Shown here piece after piece: positions 10,379 to 20,677 of a stretch of 64,000 bases of DNA. Source of the stretch: Bernardetia sp. ABR2-2B (GTDB lineage: Bacteria; Bacteroidota; Bacteroidia; Cytophagales; Bernardetiaceae); contig NZ_CP147020.1 of the NCBI RefSeq assembly GCF_037126435.1, positions 1,843,293-1,907,292 of the forward strand. The letters are read 5' to 3'. Made by a program: the position numbers and the translations under genes. Each line of letters starts with the position of its first letter. Within the stretch, counting starts at the first letter, position 1. The notes below the pieces were generated by a model. The model was given only the letters and a program-made list of their open reading frames with translations. It did not search any database and was not told where the DNA came from.

Positions 10379-11239
10379 ATGAAAACTCGTTTTACTTCAA
10401 CTCATATTTTTTCATTTCTACTTTCTGCTTTTGGAATAGCTATCATTATTTTTGGAAGTGGTTTTTTTCCTGCTTCTATCAAAACAGAATACAAAAACGA
10501 ATATGTTTCTTTTGAGAAAATAAATAATTCCTCATCTGTTTATAGATTCTTACTGCCTTCTCATTTGTTCAAAACTACACAAGATACAGCAGGAATGGTC
10601 TTTGTCAGAGGAAGTGTTTTTAATATGGGAAGTACCGTTTTTGAAAATGAAATGCCTATTCACGAAGTAGAGTTAGATGATTTTTATATCGGAAGATATG
10701 AAGTTACAGTAAAACAATATAGAGAATTTTGTGAAGCAACGGGAAGAGATATGCCAAAAGAACCAATGTGGGGCTGGGACGATACGCACCCAGTTGTGGG
10801 CGTAACATGGGATGATGCTAGTCAGTATGCAGAATGGGCAGGAAAGCGTTTGCCAACAGAATCGGAGTGGGAATATGCAGCACGAGGAGGATTAAGCACC
10901 TTAAATTATACATATTCAGGTGCAAATTATGCAGAAGTAGTAGGTTGGTATGAAGGAAATTCGGTAGAAATGGTACAACCTATTGGACTCAAAAGACCCA
11001 ATGAATTAGGTATTTATGATATGTCTGGAAATGTTTGGGAATGGTGTTTTGACCATTATGGACGTTATCGCCAAGGACGCACAAAAAACCCAAAAGGCGT
11101 TCCACAAGGATTAAATCGTTGTATTAGAGGTGGAAGTTGGTTTGGAAACAAAGGAAATTTACGCACAGCAAATCGTTATTATAATCCTCAAGGTTTTGGT
11201 AGTAACTTGATTGGTTTTAGAGTGGCGATGGATAAATAA
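10379..11239 (+). CDS. Formylglycine-generating enzyme (FGE/SUMF1) family protein.
   Basis: 286-aa ORF with an N-terminal TM/signal segment and FGE-sulfatase signatures (RLPTESEWEYAARGG, RGGSWF, GFRVA). Confidence 0.7.
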   Translation: MKTRFTSTHIFSFLLSAFGIAIIIFGSGFFPASIKTEYKNEYVSFEKINNSSSVYRFLLPSHLFKTTQDTAGMVFVRGSVFNMGSTVFENEMPIHEVELDDFYIGRYEVTVKQYREFCEATGRDMPKEPMWGWDDTHPVVGVTWDDASQYAEWAGKRLPTESEWEYAARGGLSTLNYTYSGANYAEVVGWYEGNSVEMVQPIGLKRPNELGIYDMSGNVWEWCFDHYGRYRQGRTKNPKGVPQGLNRCIRGGSWFGNKGNLRTANRYYNPQGFGSNLIGFRVAMDK

Positions 11240-11307
11240 AGGCAGTTATCAGTTGGAAACTATATTTCAATTACTTTAGTATAAAAATGACGTTTTTTAG
11301 TGAGAAA

Positions 11308-11345
11308 AATTCGTAATTCGTAATTTGTAATTCGTAATTCTAAAG
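11308..11345. repeat. Tandem heptamer repeat (GTAATTC)x5 with one variant. A CAGTTA(T/C)CAG element lies just before it at 11255-11270 and in reverse orientation at 11353-11368.
   Basis: Read directly from the sequence: ttcgtaattcgtaatttgtaattcgtaattc. Confidence 0.8.
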
Positions 11346-11348
11346 AAA

Positions 11349-12707
11349 TTAATTGGTAACTGATTTAAGCTCCCAATTGGCAGCATCTGCAAAAATTCCT
11401 CTTTCGGCTTGTTCGAATGCATTTCTTGCTTCGCCATAATTTTTGAGTCTTTTATAGAATAATCCTAGTAGAAAGTAATATTTTGAGCGAGTTTCATTGT
11501 CTAGTTTTGGAAAGTTTTTCAGAGCTTTTTGTACGATTACTATGCCTTCTTTATCTCTAATCGTTTTATAATGAGCCACTGCTTCCAAAAAATAAATCTC
11601 TTGTCTTTTGGGTTCTAATTGCAAACACGAATCAGCAACTTTTATAGCTTCGTTATAGCGTTTTTCATATACAAAAAGACGAGTAAGGTCGTAATAATAA
11701 GCTGCATCGTGAGATTCATGTTCAGAAATTTTTATTTTCTGACGAATATGATCAATGATTTGAGATTTATCATCTTCTTGATGTTCTACTTTATTCAGAA
11801 AAACTTGTGCTGGAGAATAGTCTGGTTTTATAGTAAGGGCTGTTCGTAGATAGCGCAAACTTTTATCAAAATCATACATAAAAAAATAAACATAGCCCAA
11901 ATTATAATAATATGCTGGTGCTGTATTTTCTAATTCTGTCTTGAGTTTTTTATCTTTTATTCTAGCATAATAAGTAGTCATTCCATCAAAATCCTGCAAA
12001 CGAAAAGCACAACTGGTATAAATAAATGCAGCTTTTTGAATAGGATATGCATTCGACTTTGTCTTTTCTAAAATTGTTTTGGTAAGTTTTTGGGCATCTT
12101 CGTATTCTGAATTTTGATACAGAATATTAGCAAGAGAAAGCGCAACAGGAGGAGGAATATTTTCTAACTGTTCATTTTTAAAATACTCATCTGCATAGCT
12201 TACCGTTTCCTTATCAATTTTTTTAGTTTCGTCAGAAAGAATAATAATTCTTCCTAAAATCGTATTTTTTTCTTGTACTTGGGAGGAAGGGACATGTAAA
12301 AGAGCCTTTTTATAATATGAAAAAGCCTGTGGAATAGAATCTGCCTTTTCATATAAAAAGCCTAATCTATAATTGGCTTCAAAATTCGTTTTATCTACCT
12401 TGATAGCTTCTTGATAAAGCCCAACAGCTCTAGGAATATTTTTGAGTTGCTCCATATACAACCCTGTATAATAAAGCAATTCTGTATTTTGAGAATCAGC
12501 GTTTAAAGATGTTTTCAAAAGATTTAGTCCGTCTTGAGGATTTCCATTTTGAGCCATTTCAACAGCTTTAGTATAGACTTCTGGTTGAGCTTGGAGAGCA
12601 TTGAAACCCAAAAGCACAAAAAACAAACTACATGTTAGAGTAATGTTTCTTATAAAAAAAATGTTGTTCTTTGTACTTTTCACAATTTGTAGGTTTAAAT
12701 TCTTCAA
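11349..12707 (-). CDS. Secreted TPR-repeat protein.
   Basis: 452-aa ORF with an N-terminal signal/TM segment followed by multiple TPR-like repeats (Y/A/L periodicity). Confidence 0.55.
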   Translation of the reverse strand: MKNLNLQIVKSTKNNIFFIRNITLTCSLFFVLLGFNALQAQPEVYTKAVEMAQNGNPQDGLNLLKTSLNADSQNTELLYYTGLYMEQLKNIPRAVGLYQEAIKVDKTNFEANYRLGFLYEKADSIPQAFSYYKKALLHVPSSQVQEKNTILGRIIILSDETKKIDKETVSYADEYFKNEQLENIPPPVALSLANILYQNSEYEDAQKLTKTILEKTKSNAYPIQKAAFIYTSCAFRLQDFDGMTTYYARIKDKKLKTELENTAPAYYYNLGYVYFFMYDFDKSLRYLRTALTIKPDYSPAQVFLNKVEHQEDDKSQIIDHIRQKIKISEHESHDAAYYYDLTRLFVYEKRYNEAIKVADSCLQLEPKRQEIYFLEAVAHYKTIRDKEGIVIVQKALKNFPKLDNETRSKYYFLLGLFYKRLKNYGEARNAFEQAERGIFADAANWELKSVTN

Positions 12708-12766
12708 AGATAAATATTCAGATAGGTCTGAAATTTAATTAATCACTTATCATTTATAACTAATAA

Positions 12767-13396
12767 CTATTTTACTTCGAAATCTAACATTTTTTTCTCT
12801 CTTATAAAACCTTCTAGTTTGTCTCCAATATTCACTTTGCCTACTCCTGCTGGAGTTCCTGTAAAGATAATATCACCTATTTTGAGAGTAAAGAACTTAG
12901 AAATATACGCTATTATCTCATCAAAGTTCCAAATCATAAGTTCATTATTTCCTTTTTGGCGAGTTTCTCCATTTACCTCCAAGTGAAAATCAATCGAATT
13001 TATATCTCTAATATCTGAAAGCTCTAACCATTCCGAAATAGGTGCAGAGCCATTAAAACCTTTAGCAATATCCCAAGGAAGACCTTTTTCTTTTGCTTTG
13101 GATTGCAAATCTCTTGCTGTAAAATCTATTCCTAAGCCAATTTTATCATAATACGAAGCTGCAAATTTTTCTTCAATATGCTTTCCTTCTTTACAAATTC
13201 TCAAAAGTAATTCTACTTCATGATGAATATCTTGACTAAAATCTGGATGATAAAAAGGGTCATTGTTTTTCAGAATTGCTGTATCTGGCTTCAAGAAAAT
13301 GACAGGTTCTGTTGGGCGTTCGTTTTTAAGTTCGGCAATATGGTCAGCATAATTTCTGCCAATACAAAGTATTTTCATGTTGTTTTTTTTAGACAT
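12767..13396 (-). CDS. Fumarylacetoacetate hydrolase (FAH) family protein.
   Basis: 209-aa ORF with a conserved FAH C-terminal motif (IFTGTPAGVG) and an acidic metal-binding cluster (EVELLL). Confidence 0.7.
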   Translation of the reverse strand: MSKKNNMKILCIGRNYADHIAELKNERPTEPVIFLKPDTAILKNNDPFYHPDFSQDIHHEVELLLRICKEGKHIEEKFAASYYDKIGLGIDFTARDLQSKAKEKGLPWDIAKGFNGSAPISEWLELSDIRDINSIDFHLEVNGETRQKGNNELMIWNFDEIIAYISKFFTLKIGDIIFTGTPAGVGKVNIGDKLEGFIREKKMLDFEVK

Positions 13397-13704
13397 TATT
13401 TAAATAAATAGGTCAGTCCCAAAGGGCAGACTGTCTATACACAACCAAAAACAAGTAAAATTGACTACAAATGGTTTGCTCTACGAGGCTGACCTATATA
13501 GCAATTATGACAATGTCTAATAATATGTGTAATAACTTTATTCTGACAAAAATACAAAATCAAACTCATTTTTATAAACAACATTTTTGAAAGACAATCT
13601 ACTTTTGATAAAGTTTTGAATTTGATTACGATAATAAATTAAAATTCGTATTTTAGATTAATAAAGAAGATAATAACTTACAAAAACACATTTATAAAGA
13701 ATTT

Positions 13705-15783
13705 ATGGGAGATTTAAACGTAAGAATAGCAGATAATCAGCTTGACCTCAATGAGTTTACACGCTATTTGCTCAAAGATATTCAAGCTCTTGAACTCATG
13801 CTAAAAGAAGATTGCTTCGACGACGAACAAATGCACATCGGAGCAGAACAAGAAATCTGTTTGGTAGATGACCACGGAAAACCCTCTGCAACAGCCTTAG
13901 AAGTATTGGAAGCTTTAGGAAATGATAGCTTTACGACCGAACTAGCTCGTTTTAATGTAGAGTGTAATTTAGAGCCACATCCCTTCAAAGGAAATTGTTT
14001 TTCCAAATTAGAAGCCGAAACGATAAGCTTATTAAAGGCTTTGGAAAAAATTACTACCAAACATGATATAGATTATATTCTGACAGGAATACTTCCAACG
14101 ATTCGAAAATTTGACCTCACAACGGATAATATTACGCCTTTAGATAGATATTATGCCCTCATGAACTCGCTCAAAAAGCTACGAGGAAAGGAGACCTACG
14201 AACTCAAAATTGAAGGAATTGATGAGTTAAATACTTTGCATGATACGGCTTTAGTTGAGGCTTGTAATACTAGTTTTCAAGTTCATTTACAGATAAAACC
14301 AAAAGAATTTGTCTCAAAATACAATGTTGCAATGGCTATTTCTGCTCCTATTTTGGCAGCGGCCTGTAACTCTCCGATGCTTTTTAATAAACGCCTTTGG
14401 AGTGAAACTAGGATTGCACTTTTTCGCCAGTCAGTTGATACACGTATTTCGTCAGAACATTTGCGTGAGCGCAGTCCTCGTGTGATGTTTGGAAACAAAT
14501 GGCTTAAAGGCTCAATTTTGGATTTGTATCGTGAGGATATTATGCGCTTTAGAGTTTTGCTCACTACCGATATTGATGAAGATGCTCTCAAAATGGTACA
14601 GGAAGGCAAAACTCCAAAATTACGTGCCTTGAATGTTCATAATTCGACGGTCTATCGTTGGAATCGTCCATGTTATGGAGTAAGTCCGAATGGAAAACCA
14701 CATTTGAGAATTGAAAATCGTATTCTGCCAGCAGGTCCAACCGTAGTCGATGAAGTCGCAAATGCAGCTCTTTGGATTGGGGCAATGAATGCCTTTGAAG
14801 ATACTTATCCAGACGTAACTGAAATAATGGAATTTGATGATGCTCGTGCAAACTTTATGAATGTTGCTAGACACGGTTTGCGTGTAGATGTAAAATGGGT
14901 AAACGGTAAAAAAATGAGTGTTAAGAATTTACTTTTGAAAGAGATAATTCCGATGGCAAGAAAAGGATTACAGAAAGCAAAAGTTAGCCAAACTGACATT
15001 GATAAATACATGGATATTGTAGAAGCTCGTGTAAAATCCGAACAAACAGGCTCATCTTGGATGCTACAATCCTATTCGAAACTCATAAAAGAAAGCACAA
15101 AGGAAGAAGTAATGACAGCAATTACAGTTGCCATTGCAGACAAACAGAAAAGTAATCAGCCTATTCATACGTGGAAATTAGCCACCATCGATGATATTTC
15201 GGATTGGCAACCGTCAGATTTGTTGGTAGAAGAATTTATGGATACTGACCTTTTTACGGTTACAGAAGATGACGTACCCGAGTTTGCAGCCGATATTATG
15301 GACTGGCAACGTATTCGTTATTTGCCTGTCGAATGTCGTGATGGTGTTTTGGGAGGTTTGGTTTCTTCTCGTCTTTTGCTGCGTTACTTCAAATCTAATT
15401 CTCATCAAACAGAAATAAAAAATAATATCACTACGGTAAAAGATTTGATGATAACCAATGTACATACCGTTTCGCCAGAAACCAATATTCATGAGGCTAT
15501 GGATTTGATGCGCAAACAAAAAGTAGGTTGCCTTCCAGTAGTGGCAAATAATAATTTAGTTGGAATAATTACAGAAGCTAATTTCTTAAATATTACGGCT
15601 AGTCTTCTGAAAAGAATTGCAGAACGAAGAAGAAAACGTAGAGAAAAAAATGAAAAAAACGAGAAAATAAAAAATGCTTCAAAACCTCAAAATATAAGAG
15701 ATAGAGAAATCAAGATTGAGGGAGTAGATTCTTCTCAAAACCGTTTGGAAAATGCAATGGCTAATGGAGAAGAAGAGGAGTAA
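13705..15783 (+). CDS. Glutamate-cysteine ligase family 2 / carboxylate-amine ligase domain fused to a C-terminal CBS domain pair.
   Basis: 692-aa ORF. The N-terminal ~480 aa are GCS2-like (HIGAEQEICLVD, FQVHLQ). The C-terminus has two CBS-like modules (MDTDLFTV...; VHTVSPETNIHEAMDLMRKQKVGCLPVV) and a basic tail. Confidence 0.55.
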   Translation: MGDLNVRIADNQLDLNEFTRYLLKDIQALELMLKEDCFDDEQMHIGAEQEICLVDDHGKPSATALEVLEALGNDSFTTELARFNVECNLEPHPFKGNCFSKLEAETISLLKALEKITTKHDIDYILTGILPTIRKFDLTTDNITPLDRYYALMNSLKKLRGKETYELKIEGIDELNTLHDTALVEACNTSFQVHLQIKPKEFVSKYNVAMAISAPILAAACNSPMLFNKRLWSETRIALFRQSVDTRISSEHLRERSPRVMFGNKWLKGSILDLYREDIMRFRVLLTTDIDEDALKMVQEGKTPKLRALNVHNSTVYRWNRPCYGVSPNGKPHLRIENRILPAGPTVVDEVANAALWIGAMNAFEDTYPDVTEIMEFDDARANFMNVARHGLRVDVKWVNGKKMSVKNLLLKEIIPMARKGLQKAKVSQTDIDKYMDIVEARVKSEQTGSSWMLQSYSKLIKESTKEEVMTAITVAIADKQKSNQPIHTWKLATIDDISDWQPSDLLVEEFMDTDLFTVTEDDVPEFAADIMDWQRIRYLPVECRDGVLGGLVSSRLLLRYFKSNSHQTEIKNNITTVKDLMITNVHTVSPETNIHEAMDLMRKQKVGCLPVVANNNLVGIITEANFLNITASLLKRIAERRRKRREKNEKNEKIKNASKPQNIRDREIKIEGVDSSQNRLENAMANGEEEE

Positions 15784-15867
15784 ATCTTAAAACCTTATTC
15801 TGTCACAAGAAATAAAACAGCTCTTGCTTGGCTTTGCTGAGTGAGAGGTTTTATTATATTTGAGTTT

Positions 15868-15990
15868 TTAGGTCAAGTCTGAAGACTTGTAAAATTGATA
15901 GGTCATAGTCATCGCTGCGCTAAAGACAACGCCCAATACTTAATTTTTTTGTTTGGCTATGGAAGACTACGAACACGGTAGAAATAAAAA
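15868..15990 (+). repeat. R1 interspersed repeat copy (core caagtcTTCAGActtg palindrome followed by gataggtcatagtcatcgctgcgctaaagacaacgcccaa).
   Basis: Matches at least 7 other copies in the window (17400, 32800, 34737, 36225, 45415, 45950, 46700). Confidence 0.8.
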
Positions 15991-16113
15991 TCTAAGAATC
16001 TTCAGCCCCCTATGGTTTACTTTTTCAAAAAATCTTTGAGTGATGAATTAAAAAAAGAAATTTTGGGTTACTTTTAAATAATCCAAAATCTCATTTAGCA
16101 AACTAATATCATT

Positions 16114-16698
16114 ATGTGTTATTCAGTCTATATCGCAACAAATCAAAAGTTAGAAGAGGGAAGTTTCGTACCCAATGAAACAGATATATATTTTTCTAAA
16201 ATTAGTGATGCAGAAGAAGTTCGTCTACGCTCTAAATTTTCTAAAGAGAATATTTATTATGTAGGTTCGGATACAAATTGCTCTTGTGGGTTAGCTTTTG
16301 ATAGTAGTGATTTTGGAAACCCAAAAGAAGATATCAATAAAAAATCGCCTACAAAATTTATTGAGTTTTTACAGAAAGCAACATTAATAGAAAGTGTACA
16401 ATGCTATTGTTGTTGGGAAGGAGATGAAGTGACTGATATTGAAAATTATAAAGACATAAATATTCAGAAAATTTCATTAGAAAAAAATTATTTCAGCTTC
16501 GAAGAAAATGTACGTATTACTTTTATCAAAACCTATGAACCAAAACTAAGAAATGAAATAGTGAAAATTCTGCAAGAAAATGAACAAGGAAGTCTATTAA
16601 AAGCCATAAAGTTTTTGAGAAACCAAACAAAATCAGGCTTAATGGATGCTAGAGTCTATGTAGAATATCTAGCTATTGATTTGAAAAAATCAGAATAG
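16114..16698 (+). CDS. Hypothetical protein (ORFan) bracketed by R1/R2 repeats.
   Basis: 194-aa ORF with no motif I recognise. It sits between an R1 copy and R2 copies. Confidence 0.4.
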   Translation: MCYSVYIATNQKLEEGSFVPNETDIYFSKISDAEEVRLRSKFSKENIYYVGSDTNCSCGLAFDSSDFGNPKEDINKKSPTKFIEFLQKATLIESVQCYCCWEGDEVTDIENYKDINIQKISLEKNYFSFEENVRITFIKTYEPKLRNEIVKILQENEQGSLLKAIKFLRNQTKSGLMDARVYVEYLAIDLKKSE

Positions 16699-16730
16699 AT
16701 TATTTTATCAACCTTAGAGCCCCTGCGTTC

Positions 16731-16950
16731 TTGTTGGTGTTCCCATTTACAAAAACCCATAAAGCCGTTGTTGTGTCTTTAGTTTCGGTTTGCCGTTACG
16801 CTGACCAACAACAGAAACACGCATGAAACTATGGTAAACATTTTTTATATTTAACTTTTTTGTTTCGATAGTAAGTTCATAAATTGTCCGTGTATGTTTA
16901 TTGTTGGTCATCACAACGGCATTGCCGAAGTTAAAGACCAACAAGAACGC
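16731..16950. repeat. Two R2 repeat copies: 16731-16822 in reverse orientation and a degenerate forward copy at 16880-16950. Both contain the hairpin gttgttggtc-N25-gaccaacaac and the motif ccaacaagaacg.
   Basis: Match to copies at 17496, 32925, 33781 and 33955. Confidence 0.8.
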
Positions 16951-16971
16951 AGAGATAACACTTCTAAATAA

Positions 16972-17358
16972 ATGAAATCAATATTTTTGCATCTCATTAT
17001 TGTCATAATACTATTATTTGTAATAGTAGATAATGAACCAATACGTTCTTTTATTTTTGACGTAAAAACAGATAAAGTAGTAGTCATAGATCAAGGACGC
17101 AAATATAAGAGTCAATTTGCTAAAGTATCACATATATATAAAGGAAAAGAATATATAAGAGAAATACATTTAGATACAAATTTTTATAAATTCTATAATA
17201 CTGGAGACAGCATGAAGATATCATACCTAAAAGATAAACCAGATGATGCTATCTATCATAAAGGTCTTCCTATATACTTTCTTGCAGCATTAATACTTGG
17301 TTTAACTATATTTATGTCTACTCTATTTATTAAAATTTATCATTATTTTAAGAAGTAG
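16972..17358 (+). CDS. Small hypothetical membrane protein (ORFan) bracketed by repeats.
   Basis: 128-aa ORF with an N-terminal and a C-terminal hydrophobic helix. Confidence 0.35.
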   Translation: MKSIFLHLIIVIILLFVIVDNEPIRSFIFDVKTDKVVVIDQGRKYKSQFAKVSHIYKGKEYIREIHLDTNFYKFYNTGDSMKISYLKDKPDDAIYHKGLPIYFLAALILGLTIFMSTLFIKIYHYFKK

Positions 17359-17399
17359 CCCTCGTTCGTCGTAGTTTTCCAATAGCCAAACAAAAAAAA

Positions 17400-17590
17400 T
17401 GAATGTTGGGCGTTGTCTTTAGCGAAGCGATGACTACGACCTATCAGTTTGGCAAATCTTAGATTTGCGAGTGTCAGTATTTTTGTAATTACTGCGTTCT
17501 TGTTGGTGTTCCCATTTGCGAAAACCCACAAAGCCGTTGTTGTGTCTTTAGTTTCGGTTTGCCGTTACGCTGACCAACAACAGCGAGTAG
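17400..17590 (-). repeat. Composite R1 (17400-17500) plus R2 (17496-17590) repeat in reverse orientation.
   Basis: Reverse complement matches the R1 consensus (taattacaaaaatact...caaatctaagattt...gataggtcgtagtcatcg) and the R2 hairpin. Confidence 0.8.
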
Positions 17591-17625
17591 GAGGCATTGA
17601 ATAACTAGCTTTTAAAGTTTATAAA

Positions 17626-18519
17626 TTAGTAACGATTCAAATAATTACGAATATCCATTCCCCAGTTGAGTTTTTCACGAAGGGTTTTGAGAAAACTATC
17701 GCCATCTAAGCGCACCATCTTACAGGTATAATTACATCTTCTGACAGCAAGTTGAATATTACTATCTACTTTACGAGAACGAGAATCTAAAGAAACTAAA
17801 AAGTTTTTACTTCTTCCTTCTATCTCAAAAGCAATTACACTTTCTGTCGGAACAATGAGAGGACGAACATTTAAGTTATGAGGACTAACAGGAGAGATAA
17901 TAAAATTATTGGATTGAGGAACAACTACGGGACCTCCGACGCTCAAAGAATAGCCTGTCGAACCAGTAGGCGTAGCGACAATCAGACCATCTGCCCAATA
18001 CGAATTTAGATATTCGCCATCAATATAGGTATGAACCACAATCATTGAAGAAGAATCTCGCTTCATAATTGCAAATTCGTTGAGCGCAATATTTACGCCT
18101 TTAAACAAATCCCTATCAGCTTCCAATTCTAATAAAATACGTTCGTCTAGCGTATAATGACCTGCCATAAGACTTTCCAATGCACTATGAATTTGTTCTT
18201 TTGAAGTTGTCGCTAAGAAACCCAAACGCCCTGTATTTATTCCCAAAATAGGAACATTTTGGTGTTGTACGATGGTTGCAGCCTCCAAAAAAGTACCATC
18301 TCCACCCACACTAAGCATCAAATCTACATTAGAAAGATGATGAGGAGCAGAAAAAGTACCTACAATATTAGGACGAAAATTAATAGAATGAAGTAGCCTA
18401 TCAAAATCCTTTGAAATGATAATCTCTACTCCATAATTTTCTAGTTCTGTAAAGATTTGCTTTATAAAAAAAAGTTTGCTTTCGGCAATGTCTTTACTGT
18501 GTATGGCTACTTTCTTCAA
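17626..18519 (-). CDS. nadK: NAD(+) kinase.
   Basis: 297-aa ORF with the GGDGT motif (SVGGDGTFLEAA) and NE/D-type conserved C-terminal motifs. Confidence 0.8.
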   Translation of the reverse strand: MKKVAIHSKDIAESKLFFIKQIFTELENYGVEIIISKDFDRLLHSINFRPNIVGTFSAPHHLSNVDLMLSVGGDGTFLEAATIVQHQNVPILGINTGRLGFLATTSKEQIHSALESLMAGHYTLDERILLELEADRDLFKGVNIALNEFAIMKRDSSSMIVVHTYIDGEYLNSYWADGLIVATPTGSTGYSLSVGGPVVVPQSNNFIISPVSPHNLNVRPLIVPTESVIAFEIEGRSKNFLVSLDSRSRKVDSNIQLAVRRCNYTCKMVRLDGDSFLKTLREKLNWGMDIRNYLNRY

Positions 18520-18610
18520 AATAAAAAGGAGATTTTAAATTTATTGTTCTTTGAAATAATGAAGTTACCAAATTACTATAAAAAAATCATTATTCGTAAA
18601 TGAATACTAA

Positions 18611-19780
18611 TTAATTTGGTTTTTTGATTTTATCTCCTACTTTAAGTCCCTTCAAAACTTCAATATTTATTCCATCTGAAAGCCCTAAAGTAAGATAGCG
18701 TTTTTCAAAAACATTTTCACTTGTTTGAACTTCTACATAAAAAGCATCAGATTTTTGATTTGAGTCTTTAGTTTCTGTTTTGGTAGAATCTATCTTGTTT
18801 TCTTCTTTTTTATCTGATTTATTGTTTTTTTCTTTGTTTTTATCAGCCGATTGTAACCACGCTTCTTCAATTACAATTACATCATCTTTTCTTTCCAAAA
18901 CAATATCTGCATTAGCACTATAACCAGCACGAACAAATTGATTTTCTTTAAGTTCTACGTCTGCTTTTATCGGAAACTTAATTGCTCCTTCTTCTTCAAT
19001 GCCTTTTGGTGCGATAAAATCTAGTTTCGCATCAAATTTTTCATTGTCGATTGCTCCAATTGTCAAGACCAAATCCATTCCTTTTTTTAATTTTCCTACT
19101 TCTGCCTCATCTACTTTTCCTTCAAAAATCATATCACTCAAATCTGCAATGGTTGCAATCGTTGTTCCTTCATTAAATGTATTACTTTCAATTACGTTTG
19201 CCCCTTCTTTGATAGGAACGTCCAAAATAATTCCACTCGTAGTTGCTTTTACTAATGTTAGTGTGCTAGAAGAACGGCTAGAAGTTCCTTCACGAACAAT
19301 AACCAAACTCTCTGCAGCTGCATTTACCTGATTTTTCGCCAAATCGTAATCGTCTTTTGCAAGCATATATTCACGCTCTGCAATTACGCCATCTTCAAAA
19401 AGCTGCTTTTGTCTTTTCATTTCACGCTCACGCATATCTAAGGTAAGCTTTGCTTGTTCTAAGTTATTCTGAACATTAGTAAGGTTAGTCATATTCGGAA
19501 TTACTTTTATTTTAGCAATTACATCTCCTACTTTTACTGTTTGCCCAGCTTCAAAAAAAATTTTGTCAACAATACCCGAAACGGCAGGTTTTACAGTTAC
19601 TTCTTTCAGAGGAACAATCGAACCTGTTGCAACCGTTTTCTTTATTATAGAATCTTTTCTTGGAGAAACCAATTCTATATCTTCTTGTACGTCTTCTTCT
19701 TGATTAACAAAATAATAAACAACAAAAACTCCCATAGCTATAAGTAAAAGCACAAAGGAAGCGATAAAAATTTTTTTCAT
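18611..19780 (-). CDS. Efflux transporter periplasmic adaptor subunit (HlyD/MacA-like membrane fusion protein).
   Basis: 389-aa ORF with an N-terminal TM anchor, a coiled-coil hairpin region (LEQAKLTLDMREREMKRQKQLFEDGVIAEREY), a biotinyl/lipoyl-like beta domain and a lysine-rich tail. Confidence 0.6.
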   Translation of the reverse strand: MKKIFIASFVLLLIAMGVFVVYYFVNQEEDVQEDIELVSPRKDSIIKKTVATGSIVPLKEVTVKPAVSGIVDKIFFEAGQTVKVGDVIAKIKVIPNMTNLTNVQNNLEQAKLTLDMREREMKRQKQLFEDGVIAEREYMLAKDDYDLAKNQVNAAAESLVIVREGTSSRSSSTLTLVKATTSGIILDVPIKEGANVIESNTFNEGTTIATIADLSDMIFEGKVDEAEVGKLKKGMDLVLTIGAIDNEKFDAKLDFIAPKGIEEEGAIKFPIKADVELKENQFVRAGYSANADIVLERKDDVIVIEEAWLQSADKNKEKNNKSDKKEENKIDSTKTETKDSNQKSDAFYVEVQTSENVFEKRYLTLGLSDGINIEVLKGLKVGDKIKKPN

Positions 19781-20156
19781 AATAATAGTGAGTTAAATTA
19801 AAATCAAGAGTTATAAAATAAGATGTACAGAGAAAAGAAGTTAAAATATAAAATAGGATTTTGAAATGGCTAATTTACACAAAACTTATTCCTATACAAG
19901 ATAAATAGACTACTAAAAGGCGTTAAAAATAAAGATGCTTGTATTAAAAACAATAAAAACGAAACAAACAGAAATAACTTTTCTTGGTTAGACAGAAATT
20001 GAGACAAAACTTTATATCTAAATTAATAATCCCTTATGTTGGCACTATTTTGGCAAATCTTTGTAATATGAGTAGAAGTTATAAATTTATTTTCTATTCA
20101 TAATAAAGATAATGACAAACTATTCTATCAAAAAACGCTGCTAAATTTTTATCACT

Positions 20157-20570
20157 ATGAAATCACTATTTTTTATTTGGGTTACCTTCGGACTTGCTTG
20201 GGGAGTTTTTTCAGCTTCTCCAACACTTGCACAGACAGAAGATGAGGTAATCAGCACAGCCAAAACAGCCATTGGAGCAGCTTCTACGAAAGAATTAGTC
20301 AAACTTTGTCACGATGCTATCGAAATAGGATTAGGCGACCAAAAGGCAACATACAGTCAATCACAAGCCGAATTTGTATTGAAAGATTTTTTTACAAAAA
20401 ACCCAGCCAAACAGTTTGAATATATCCATAAAGGAGCTTCAAAAGAAGGTCTGAAGTATGTGATTGGAAAATATACAGCAACAAACGGAAATACGTTTAG
20501 AGTTTATATTTTGGTAAAATCAACACCAAACGGTTTTAGAATTGACACGCTAGACTTCAGTAGAGAATAA
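20157..20570 (+). CDS. Small secreted protein (DUF4783-like).
   Basis: 137-aa ORF with a signal peptide (MKSLFFIWVTFGLAWGVFSASPTLAQ). Confidence 0.4.
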   Translation: MKSLFFIWVTFGLAWGVFSASPTLAQTEDEVISTAKTAIGAASTKELVKLCHDAIEIGLGDQKATYSQSQAEFVLKDFFTKNPAKQFEYIHKGASKEGLKYVIGKYTATNGNTFRVYILVKSTPNGFRIDTLDFSRE

Positions 20571-20625
20571 AAATAAAAAATCTTTGTCAGAACGCCCCCT
20601 CTCACTTTGAGATTTTAGACTAAAA

Positions 20626-20660
20626 AAGCCTTTTTCGTTTGAAAAAGGCTTTTTTAGTGA
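20626..20660. terminator. Bidirectional rho-independent terminator (aagccttttt cgtttg aaaaaggctt) flanked by T-runs, between convergent genes.
   Basis: 10-bp perfect stem with a 6-nt loop and T tracts on both strands. Confidence 0.55.
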
Positions 20661-20677
20661 TTTTTTTTAATTTAAAA

